This document shows, piece after piece, positions 47,222-55,216 of a stretch of DNA of 64,000 bases. Source of the DNA: Myxococcota bacterium. GTDB taxonomy: Bacteria; Myxococcota_A; Polyangia; Nannocystales; Nannocystaceae. Under the pieces are notes generated by a model, which saw nothing but the letters and a program-made list of their open reading frames with translations, was not told the DNA's origin and searched no databases. Made by a program: the position numbers and the translations under genes. The stretch is from contig JBCCWC010000002.1 in the NCBI GenBank assembly GCA_039194325.1, forward strand, positions 190,191-254,190. The letters are read 5' to 3'. Numbering within the stretch: the first letter of the stretch is position 1; every line of letters begins with the position of its first letter.

Positions 47222-47702
47222 CCTGGACGAACGCCGCCGGCGGCGGCACGGCTATGCGGAGGGGATCGAGCCACTGGTCGTCGTCGCGGCGGATCGACAG
47301 CAGGTGGAGCGTCGCGGCCTCGAGCAGGGGCTGCTCGATTACGAAGCGGAGCTCCAGCTCGGTGGACGATCCGGGCGCAAGCGCCGTCGACTCGGTGAGC
47401 TCGGGCGCCGAGGCCTCGGCCACCGGGAACTCGAGCTCGTCATAGGCCAGCAGCACGCCCTTGCGTTCGACCAAGAGCGGCGCGTCCCCGGCGTTGGTCA
47501 GGCTCACCTTCACCGAGAGCTCGCGCAGGTCGTAGCGCGCCTCGGACATCTCCAGGGTCAGCGCTCCGCTGCGGGTGACCCGCTGACCGGCCGGGAAGCG
47601 AGCCTGCTGGGGGCCGAGGGCTTCAGAGGTAGCGCAGGAGGTCGCGCACGCACAGGCGAGCAGCGCGAGCGAGAAGGCGAGCCGGTATCGAGCACGAGGC
47701 AT
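47196..47702 (-). CDS. Hypothetical lipoprotein (Ig-like)
   Basis: LLACAC lipobox; VKVSLTNAGDAP, LAPGSSTELELRF. Confidence 0.75.
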   Translation of the reverse strand: MPRARYRLAFSLALLACACATSCATSEALGPQQARFPAGQRVTRSGALTLEMSEARYDLRELSVKVSLTNAGDAPLLVERKGVLLAYDELEFPVAEASAPELTESTALAPGSSTELELRFVIEQPLLEAATLHLLSIRRDDDQWLDPLRIAVPPPAAFVQAAAQPDAE

Positions 47703-47849
47703 GGACGGGCAACAGGGTAGCAATATTGAAACCAAGTGAAATCGTCATGACCCAACCGAACCATTGATGGTGAGTCTCGGCTCCGCTAACAACGACCACG
47801 AACGTCGGCGACGGTCGATCGCCGCAGTGGCAGGAGCGTCCGTAGACCC

Positions 47850-49337
47850 ATGGTTACGAGCATCATCGTCTGTCTAGCCCTCGCAATCACCGGCCCCGAG
47901 GGCGACGAGTCCTCCGCGCAGGGCGAAGCCACCGTTGGGCTGGGCAGCGCCTCAACGACGGGTGAGGTTCGCACCTCCGAGTCCAGCAAGAGCAACGAGG
48001 CCAAGAAGAGCAAGAAGCCCAAGAAGGCTCGCAAGGCCAAGGAGCGCGGCGACCAAAAATGGATCCGCCGCTGGGCTCCCGAGCGCAACACCGGCGAGAT
48101 CGGGGTGTTTGGCGGCGTGATCTTCCCGCACCCGCGCCTCGAGCTGTTCGAGCCCAGCTTTGATCGACCCGACCAGGGGTTCGTACCGCTGCGCCGCGTC
48201 TCGCCCGAGGTCGGCGCACGCGTCGGCTACTACCCCTTGCGGATCCTCGGCGTCGAGGCCGAGGGCGCGGTGATGCCCACGACCACCACCACCGACGAGC
48301 GTGCGTTGGTGTGGGGCCTGCGGGGGCAGCTCGTCGCGCAGCTTCCCTTCTGGAGCGTGACCCCCTTCGCCCTCGCCGGAGTCTCTGGCCTGGGGGTGAG
48401 CTCCGAGCGCGATGCGGTCGGCAACGACGTGGATCTCGGCTTCCACTACGGCGTCGGCGTCAAGGTGTTCCTCAATCGCATCGTCGGCCTGCGCCTCGAC
48501 CTGCGCGATAATCTTACCGCTCGGCGTGGGGTGGGGGAGAGTGTGATTCACTCGCCCGAGGTGCTGCTTGGTCTGACGATTACGCTCGGGCGCCCGCGCA
48601 GTGAGCCCACCCTGCCCCCGGACACCGACGGCGATGGGATCTTCGATCCGGACGACCAGTGCGTCGACGAGCCCGGGGTCGCCGAGTACGATGGCTGCCC
48701 AATCCCGGACACCGACGGGGACGGGATCCTCGATCCGGACGACAAGTGTGTGGACGAGCCCGGGGTTGCCGCGTACGATGGCTGCCCGATCCCAGACACC
48801 GATGGGGACGGGGTCCTCGATCCGGACGATGCGTGCGTGAACGAGCCAGGAGTGGCCGAGTTCCGGGGGTGTCCAGACACGGACGGCGACGGCATCGCCG
48901 ATCCCGATGACCAGTGCGTCCGCACACCCGAGACCACCAACGGCTACAAGGACGCAGATGGCTGTCCCGATGAGGTTCCCAAGGAGATCAAGACCTTCAC
49001 CGGGGTGATCAAGGGTATCTTCTTCGACACTGGCAAAGCCACCATCAAGGCCAAGTCCAAGCCCCGGCTCGACAAGGCGGTCAAGGTGCTCACCGACTAT
49101 CCCGACATCCGTATCGAGATCATCGGGCACACCGACGATCGCGGCGACGACGGCTTCAACCTCCGGCTCAGCCGCGATCGTGCCGAAGCGGTCAAGACCT
49201 ACTTCATCGACGAGGGCATCGACGGAGCGCGCATCGAGACCCGGGGGGCAGGAGAGAGCGAGCCGATCGCAGACAACCGGAGCAAGAAGGGGCGGGCCAA
49301 GAACCGACGCATCGAGTTCGAGCTGCTCCCGCGCTAG
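47850..49337 (+). CDS. OmpA-family protein: beta-barrel + TSP3 repeats + OmpA C-terminal domain, paralog 2
   Basis: Shares RGDQxWIxRWAPERN.EIGV.GGV..P..RLELFEP with paralog 1; DTDGDGI.DPDD.C repeats; GHTD..RAKNRRIEF. Confidence 0.93.
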   Translation: MVTSIIVCLALAITGPEGDESSAQGEATVGLGSASTTGEVRTSESSKSNEAKKSKKPKKARKAKERGDQKWIRRWAPERNTGEIGVFGGVIFPHPRLELFEPSFDRPDQGFVPLRRVSPEVGARVGYYPLRILGVEAEGAVMPTTTTTDERALVWGLRGQLVAQLPFWSVTPFALAGVSGLGVSSERDAVGNDVDLGFHYGVGVKVFLNRIVGLRLDLRDNLTARRGVGESVIHSPEVLLGLTITLGRPRSEPTLPPDTDGDGIFDPDDQCVDEPGVAEYDGCPIPDTDGDGILDPDDKCVDEPGVAAYDGCPIPDTDGDGVLDPDDACVNEPGVAEFRGCPDTDGDGIADPDDQCVRTPETTNGYKDADGCPDEVPKEIKTFTGVIKGIFFDTGKATIKAKSKPRLDKAVKVLTDYPDIRIEIIGHTDDRGDDGFNLRLSRDRAEAVKTYFIDEGIDGARIETRGAGESEPIADNRSKKGRAKNRRIEFELLPR

Positions 49338-49367
49338 CCGGGCGGACAAGACGACGAGGAGACTGAA

Positions 49368-51209
49368 ATGAGCATGAACAATCGAAGAGCGACGATCCTT
49401 TGGGGGGGCAGTGCGATGCTGGCGTGGGCGACGGGCTGCGCCGATCCCTGCGTTGACGACGGTCTCTCGCAAGAGCCGCAGCCCGGCTGCCCCATCGTCA
49501 CCGAGGGGGGCAGCACCGACGCGACCGATCCCACCACCACCTCGGCCGACGGCACCGCGGAGCCGCCCGGCTGCAACAACGGGATCCAAGACGGGGACGA
49601 GACCGACGTGGATTGCGGCGGCTCGTGCGACGATCGCTGCGGGACCGGGCAGGGCTGCGGCTCCAACGACGATTGCGAGTCGGACCAGTGCGGAGACGGG
49701 ATGACCTGCGAGGATCCCTTCGACTGCGCCGACGGCGAGATGAACGGGGACGAGACCGACTTGGACTGCGGGGGCTCTTGCCCGCCCTGCGACGACGGAC
49801 AGATGTGCAACGAGCCGGGCGACTGCACGTCGATGTTGTGCGACGGCGGGGTCTGCGGACCCAGCTGCTCCGACGGCGCCATGAACGGGGACGAGACCGA
49901 CGTGGACTGCGGCGGCTCGTGCCCGCCCTGCGACGACGGGCAGATGTGCAACGAGGATGGGGACTGCCAGTCGCAGGACTGTGAGGGCGACATCTGCGTC
50001 GACCCCTGTAGCGACGGCGAGATGAACGGCAGCGAGACCGACGTGGATTGCGGCGGTCCCGACTGTGACCCCTGCGCCGACGGGGAAGATTGCCTGGAGA
50101 ACGACGACTGTGAGTCGATGATCTGCAACCCCAAGGGTCCCATCTGCAGCGCGCCTAGCTGCAACGACGGGGTGATGAACGGGGACGAGACCGATCTCGA
50201 CTGTGGGGGTCCGTGCGGTCCTACCTGCGAGCCCGGGCAGGGGTGCATCATCGGCGGGGACTGCGTCACTCAGGGGTGCGACGGCAACACCTGCAACGAC
50301 TTCCTCTCGGTCGACGCCGCGCCCTCGTGCTCTGACTTCATGGGCATGCCGGTGGGGCTCACCGCGACTGCCATGGGAGGCTCGGGCGTGTACACCTACG
50401 CCTGGACCCCCGACGACGGCACGCTCAGCGCGCCCGATCAGGCCATAACCGATGCCAATCCCGCGAGCTTCCAAAGCTACACGGTCACCGTGGACGATGG
50501 CTTCACCACGGCCCAGGACAGCCTGGTGATCCTCGATTCTTCGCCGTTCGACCTGCAGAACAACTGCACGCTCTACAACGCCGATTTCAACGTCAGCCTG
50601 AGCGGCCTGCCCGCGTCGATCGAGTACGACATGATGGGGACTCGGGCCTGCGAGATCGGCAACAACGAGTTCGGCCTGCACCTTTGCGAGACTGTCTCCT
50701 TTGAAAATACCCGCCTTATCGGGACCCTCGCGGTGACCGATGACCCTGCAGACGATAACGATTGGATGGGCCTGGTGTGGGGCGCTCAGAGCAACTCGAG
50801 CTTCTATTCGTTGACTTGGAAGCAGGAATTTCAGGCGGGTACCGATTTCTTGCCGCCGCTGACCTGTGATCCGCCCGGGGGGATCATCGTGCGTCGCGTC
50901 GATGCCCCGGATTTCATGTCGCTGACAGCCAACGACTTCTACTGTGACGAGCTCATGACTCCCAACTCCACCCTGTTGCTCGGCCCAGCCGACACCACCA
51001 CCGAGGGCTGGGTCGAGGGTGAGTCGTACACGGTGACCATCGACTTCACCGACATCGGCAGCGACATCACGGTGACCCGCGACAGCGACATGGTGGACAT
51101 CGCCACCTTCGTCGTCATCGACAATACCTACACCAGCGGCTTCTTCGGCTCGACCACCGCCTCGCAGCAGGGAGCGTGCGCGGGGCCGTTGTTCGCCGAG
51201 TGCATCTAG
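49368..51209 (+). CDS. Surface lipoprotein: CxxPCxDDGL N-terminus, five ETDxDCGG Cys-rich repeats, Ig-like domain, thrombospondin C-terminal-like domain
   Basis: ATGC lipobox; repeats visible; DDNDWMGLVWGAQSNSSFYSLTWKQ, GW, DNTYTSGFFG..SQ; GAGGAG RBS. Confidence 0.88.
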   Translation: MSMNNRRATILWGGSAMLAWATGCADPCVDDGLSQEPQPGCPIVTEGGSTDATDPTTTSADGTAEPPGCNNGIQDGDETDVDCGGSCDDRCGTGQGCGSNDDCESDQCGDGMTCEDPFDCADGEMNGDETDLDCGGSCPPCDDGQMCNEPGDCTSMLCDGGVCGPSCSDGAMNGDETDVDCGGSCPPCDDGQMCNEDGDCQSQDCEGDICVDPCSDGEMNGSETDVDCGGPDCDPCADGEDCLENDDCESMICNPKGPICSAPSCNDGVMNGDETDLDCGGPCGPTCEPGQGCIIGGDCVTQGCDGNTCNDFLSVDAAPSCSDFMGMPVGLTATAMGGSGVYTYAWTPDDGTLSAPDQAITDANPASFQSYTVTVDDGFTTAQDSLVILDSSPFDLQNNCTLYNADFNVSLSGLPASIEYDMMGTRACEIGNNEFGLHLCETVSFENTRLIGTLAVTDDPADDNDWMGLVWGAQSNSSFYSLTWKQEFQAGTDFLPPLTCDPPGGIIVRRVDAPDFMSLTANDFYCDELMTPNSTLLLGPADTTTEGWVEGESYTVTIDFTDIGSDITVTRDSDMVDIATFVVIDNTYTSGFFGSTTASQQGACAGPLFAECI

Positions 51210-51226
51210 CAACGGCCATCTGAGCG

Positions 51227-51254
51227 AGCCGGCGGGCGACATCCTCCGCCGGCT
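51227..51254 (+). terminator. Hairpin after the lipoprotein gene
   Basis: AGCCGGCGG-N10-CCGCCGGCT; weak U tract. Confidence 0.5.
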
Positions 51255-51295
51255 TGTGTGGGCCAAGCGAGCTTCGTGATAGCCTGGTGCGCATA

Positions 51296-51718
51296 ATGAA
51301 GCTTTGTTCGGCTTGTTCTCGCTTCCACGAGGTTCAAGAGTCGCGTTGCCCGTTTTGTGGGCCCGAGTCCCGAGGGACCACCGGTACGGCCGCGAGCATG
51401 CTCGGGCTGACCCGGGTTGCAGTGGTCGCGGTGGTCGCTGGGCTGACGATGTTCGGCTGTGCCGATGACGACTCGTCCGCCGAGACCAGTGTGGGCTCGA
51501 CGACCACCAGCGGCGACTCGACAACGACCACCAGCGGCTCGACGACCACCAGCGGTAGCTCGACGACCAGCGCAGGCTCGACCACCGCCGGAGGCAGCAC
51601 CACCGACCTCGATGGCAGCACCACCATCGAGCCCACCACCGGCGACTCCTCCACCACCGACCACGGCGGTTCGTTCTATGCGGGCCCGGGCACCAGCGGC
51701 TCCTCCTCGTCGGGCTAG
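51296..51718 (+). CDS. Small protein: CxxC...CPFC N-terminus, lipobox-like segment, S/T-rich linker, FYAGP motif (candidate radical SAM substrate)
   Basis: MKLCSACSRFHEVQESRCPFC; VAVVAVVAGLTMFGC; TTT repeats; single Tyr in GGSFYAGP (FYAGP at 51674-51688). Confidence 0.78.
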   Translation: MKLCSACSRFHEVQESRCPFCGPESRGTTGTAASMLGLTRVAVVAVVAGLTMFGCADDDSSAETSVGSTTTSGDSTTTTSGSTTTSGSSTTSAGSTTAGGSTTDLDGSTTIEPTTGDSSTTDHGGSFYAGPGTSGSSSSG

Positions 51719-51802
51719 GCCGAGCGTGTGCCGCCTTCGTTCATGGTCGAATGAGGCCAAGTCACCCGGGATCGCGCGCGGCCTTTCTCGTACGATCGGC
51801 GG

Positions 51803-52927
51803 GTGATCTCGCCGCTGGTCAGCGTGCTCGCCGTGTCTGGGCCGAGCGTAGGCGAGGTCTCGGTGCTCTCATGGGATGCCCCGGCCTCGTGCGCGACGGC
51901 GTCTCGAGTCCAAGAGCGACTCGACGCGCTGCTGGGGGAGGTCCCCGTAGACCCCACCGTTCGCGCACGAGCGCGGGTGGTCGCTGTCCCTGATGGATTC
52001 GAGGTCACGCTCGCGCTTTGGTCGCCCACGGGCTTCGAGCGCCGCCGGATCGTCGCCGAGCGCTGCGACGTGCTCGCCGAGGCGGTCGTATTCGTAGTGG
52101 CGGTGGCGATCGATCCCGTCGCCGTTGCGCAGGGAGCCGCTCAGGAGGATCGTGGTGCTTCGCTCATCGACCCGAGCGCCGCTAAGCAGTCGTCGCCGGA
52201 GGCCGTCGAGGTCGAGCCCGCAGAGTCTGAGCCGAGAGCAGATCCCGAACCCGCGCCCACACCCGAGACCGAGCCCGCCCCCCTCGGGGACGCACCCGAG
52301 CCGGCGCCGTCCCGAGAGGCTCGCCGCGGGCCGCCGGAATCGGACCGGGACCACGTGCCGTCGCGGTCATCCCCGGTCCCGCTCGCCGGGGTGCTGCGGC
52401 TCGCCACCGGGGTCGGCGTTGGTGTGCTCCCCACCCTCGATGTCGTGTTCGGCGTGGCCGGGGCGCTGCGCGGACGATCGTTTCGTGTCGAGCTCGGCGC
52501 CCAGCATGGCTTCGCTCGCCCGGTTCGGTTGCCCGCCACCGACAGCGCCGGGGCCGATCTCGATCAGTGGACGCTGCTCGGTCGCGGGTGCTGGGCCCGA
52601 CCCGCTCGTCGCGTCGAGGTCGACCTGTGTGGTCAGCTCGAGACTGGCGCCGTCCGGGCGCGTGGCGTTGGTGTCGAGCAAGCCCGGACTCGCTGGTCCA
52701 GCTTCGTTTCGCTCGGCGCCGCCGCGGGCCTGGCCGTGTCGCTCTACGAGCCGCTCGCGCTATGGGTTGATGTGCAGGGCTACGGCTCCGTGCGACGCCC
52801 GCGATTTGGGGTGGCGGGGGCCGACGCCGCCCTCTATTCCGCGGCGGTTGGCGGCTTCCGGGTTGGACTGGGCCTTGAGGTCTCGCTGGGCGATGTGCGG
52901 AAGTCACGCGGACCGACGAATCAATGA
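51803..52927 (+). CDS. Hypothetical exported protein with C-terminal beta-barrel-like region
   Basis: WDAPASC..RRIVAERCDVLAEA N-domain, Pro-rich linker, amphipathic strands ending FRVGLGLEVSL. Confidence 0.75.
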   Translation: MISPLVSVLAVSGPSVGEVSVLSWDAPASCATASRVQERLDALLGEVPVDPTVRARARVVAVPDGFEVTLALWSPTGFERRRIVAERCDVLAEAVVFVVAVAIDPVAVAQGAAQEDRGASLIDPSAAKQSSPEAVEVEPAESEPRADPEPAPTPETEPAPLGDAPEPAPSREARRGPPESDRDHVPSRSSPVPLAGVLRLATGVGVGVLPTLDVVFGVAGALRGRSFRVELGAQHGFARPVRLPATDSAGADLDQWTLLGRGCWARPARRVEVDLCGQLETGAVRARGVGVEQARTRWSSFVSLGAAAGLAVSLYEPLALWVDVQGYGSVRRPRFGVAGADAALYSAAVGGFRVGLGLEVSLGDVRKSRGPTNQ

Positions 52928-52950
52928 TCGATCATTGATCAATCGTCCCC

Positions 52951-54303
52951 TTGGTGGAGACTAAGGCCCCGGTGCACCCGTCCGCTCTGTCGTCGTCGAG
53001 CCCGCCACGGCCGAAAGAGGCCGTGAATGACGAACGAACGACGTTCGAATCGCTCTATCGCGATCACTTCGAGTTCGTCCTCGCCAACCTGCGGCGGCTA
53101 GGGGTGGCGTCGAGCCAGCTCGAAGACGCGGCCCAGGACGTCTTCGTTGTCGCCTATCGTCGGCTGCCCCAGTTCGAGGGGCGCTCGTCGCCACGTACCT
53201 GGCTCTTTGGGATCGCGCGTCGGATCGCCTATCGCTACCGTCGGACCCGAGCTCGCTCCCAGCGTCGTCGTCGGCGGCTGGCCCAGGACTGGAGCGGGGC
53301 CTCCGACGACCTCGAGCGCGAGCTCGAGCGTCGGCAGGCCGGTGAGCTGCTGTCCATGTTCCTGGACACCTTGTCCCCAGACCAGCGGGAGGCCTTCATT
53401 CTTGGCGAGCTCGAGCAGCTCGGCCGACACGAGCTAGGGGCCGCATTGGGGGTCAACCCCAACACCGCCTACTCGCGGCTGCGGCTGGCTCGTGAGCGGC
53501 TCGTCCAGACCTTCCATCAGCCCCGGAGCCGACGTGAGCTCCTCGCCCGCTGGCGAACCCGCGCTCGACCCGATCCCCAGCGGCGCGAGCGAGTGCTGGC
53601 GCTGGTCATCGCCCGCCTGCCGACCGCCGCGCAGATCACCGCGACCGAGACCGCGTCGTCTTCGGTGTCGGCGTGGTCGGTGACGGGCGTGCTGACGGTG
53701 GTCGCGGTGATCGCCATGGGAGCGGTGAAGGCGATCGGTCCGGGGACGCCCGCGCATTCGCCCGCGGTGGTTCGCCCGTTGTCCGAGCCCTCGGCGGCAT
53801 CGAGGCGGCCGCACAAGGAGCCCCCGCCCCCGCCCGCACTCGCCGAGCGACCCGAGCGACCCGAGATTCCCGATGGCGTGCCCGTGGCCGAGGGATCGGC
53901 GCGTGCTCCATCGCGTGTGGCCACCGGGTTGCCCGCTGCCCGTCGGGAGCCCAAGGTCCTCCGCGACACGCCCGTGACTCCCATCGTCCGCCCCGCCGAG
54001 CCCGACCTCGAGCCACCGACCGCTGCGGCCGCGCCTGACGTCCATCGCGAGCTCGCCGATCTAAAGCGCGCTCGCGAGGCGCTCCGCCGAGGTCAAGCCG
54101 ACGTGGCCCTCGGGCTGCTTGGTGGTCACCATCGCCGGTTCCCCGACAGCATGTTTGCGCGCGACCGCGGCGTCCTCGAAATCGAGGCCTTGTGCGCCAC
54201 GGGAGCCGAGCACCAAGCGCGGACCGCCCGGCGTCGATTCCTAGCCGAGCACGGCGCCAGCCCGCAGGCGGCACGGGTCGAGAAATTGTGCCCCGAGTCG
54301 TGA
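52951..54303 (+). CDS. ECF sigma factor fused to TM, Pro-rich linker and TPR-like domain
   Basis: LYRDHFEFV..LEDAAQDVF..WLFGIARR; LSPDQREAFIL..TAYSRLRLAR; TM; ARxALRRG...FPDS..IEALC. Start uncertain (52951-53023). Confidence 0.88.
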   Translation: MVETKAPVHPSALSSSSPPRPKEAVNDERTTFESLYRDHFEFVLANLRRLGVASSQLEDAAQDVFVVAYRRLPQFEGRSSPRTWLFGIARRIAYRYRRTRARSQRRRRRLAQDWSGASDDLERELERRQAGELLSMFLDTLSPDQREAFILGELEQLGRHELGAALGVNPNTAYSRLRLARERLVQTFHQPRSRRELLARWRTRARPDPQRRERVLALVIARLPTAAQITATETASSSVSAWSVTGVLTVVAVIAMGAVKAIGPGTPAHSPAVVRPLSEPSAASRRPHKEPPPPPALAERPERPEIPDGVPVAEGSARAPSRVATGLPAARREPKVLRDTPVTPIVRPAEPDLEPPTAAAAPDVHRELADLKRAREALRRGQADVALGLLGGHHRRFPDSMFARDRGVLEIEALCATGAEHQARTARRRFLAEHGASPQAARVEKLCPES

Positions 54304-54337
54304 TCAGCCGGGTCGTTTCCGGAGACTCAGGCCCCCG

Positions 54338-55216
54338 ATGAACTACCGTGTACTCTCGCTTGCCCCCTGCCTGTTGTTGCTCACCGCCGGCTGCATCCTC
54401 AACGACCAAAAGGACGTGGGCTCGCTGCCGACCAACGATGGCGACGAAGGCGGGGCAACCTCGGGCAGCGGCGGCTCGACCGACTCCGATGGTCAATCCG
54501 ACGCAGATCAATCGAGCGCTTCGACCATCGACGACGGTGGATCCGAGGACAGCACCGAAGGCGGTTCCACAGACACTGGCGAGCCCCAGTTCCCCGGGTG
54601 TATCGAGCCACAGGGCGAGTTGGCCGTCTACGCGCTGCCCTTCGTCTTCGGGGGTTCTAGAACCTCCGAGGAATACTACGAGTGTGCTGTCGACAGCATC
54701 GAGCTGCCGGTGATCGTGCTTGACTGCGCGGTTGGAGAGTTCGGCGGCCCCATCGAGCTGACAGTGGAGGGGGTCGATACGCTTCCCTTCGAGGTCGACG
54801 AGTCGGTCTTGCTGCACGAGCTACGCGAGACCGGGCTCCCCCACGGCTACATCGGCGTCGGGCAGTACTTTTCACTCCGACGAGGGTCGCTTGGCGGCGA
54901 GCTGCTGATGCTCGGGATCGATTCTGCGCTGCTCAACGGTACCTCGGAGCAATTCATGGAGATGCCCTGGGAGCCCGAGTTCACCCTGCGGACGGTCGAG
55001 GGACTGTGCTCGGTCGACAGCAGTCTCGATTGCAGCCGCGAGGAGCGCATCGCGATGGAGATCGAACGAGAAGACGACGATGCCATGTTGGTCTTCGACG
55101 GCAACATGGACCAGGCCTTCGGTTTCTCGATCCACGTGAGCGAGGCCAAGGCCTATCGCGATCCGTGCATCGACGGCGAGCACGGGAGGTTCGAGGTGCT
55201 CATGATCCGGCAGTAG
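54338..55216 (+). CDS. Hypothetical lipoprotein
   Basis: Lipobox TAGC, D/S/T/G linker, Cys-containing beta domain. Confidence 0.8.
   Translation: MNYRVLSLAPCLLLLTAGCILNDQKDVGSLPTNDGDEGGATSGSGGSTDSDGQSDADQSSASTIDDGGSEDSTEGGSTDTGEPQFPGCIEPQGELAVYALPFVFGGSRTSEEYYECAVDSIELPVIVLDCAVGEFGGPIELTVEGVDTLPFEVDESVLLHELRETGLPHGYIGVGQYFSLRRGSLGGELLMLGIDSALLNGTSEQFMEMPWEPEFTLRTVEGLCSVDSSLDCSREERIAMEIEREDDDAMLVFDGNMDQAFGFSIHVSEAKAYRDPCIDGEHGRFEVLMIRQ

Noticed and set aside
47850..51209. Calling the pair traA/traB
   Set aside because: The partner is an N-terminal lipoprotein with no MYXO-CTERM tail and no recognisable TraA variable domain, and gene order differs; reported as an analogue only.
47952..51524. 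1190-aa minus-strand ORF (and similar long ORFs at 14750-16573, 27548-29026, 41996-44131, 44966-46279)
   Set aside because: Antisense shadows of well-supported plus-strand genes, expected in high-GC3 DNA; no recognisable motifs.
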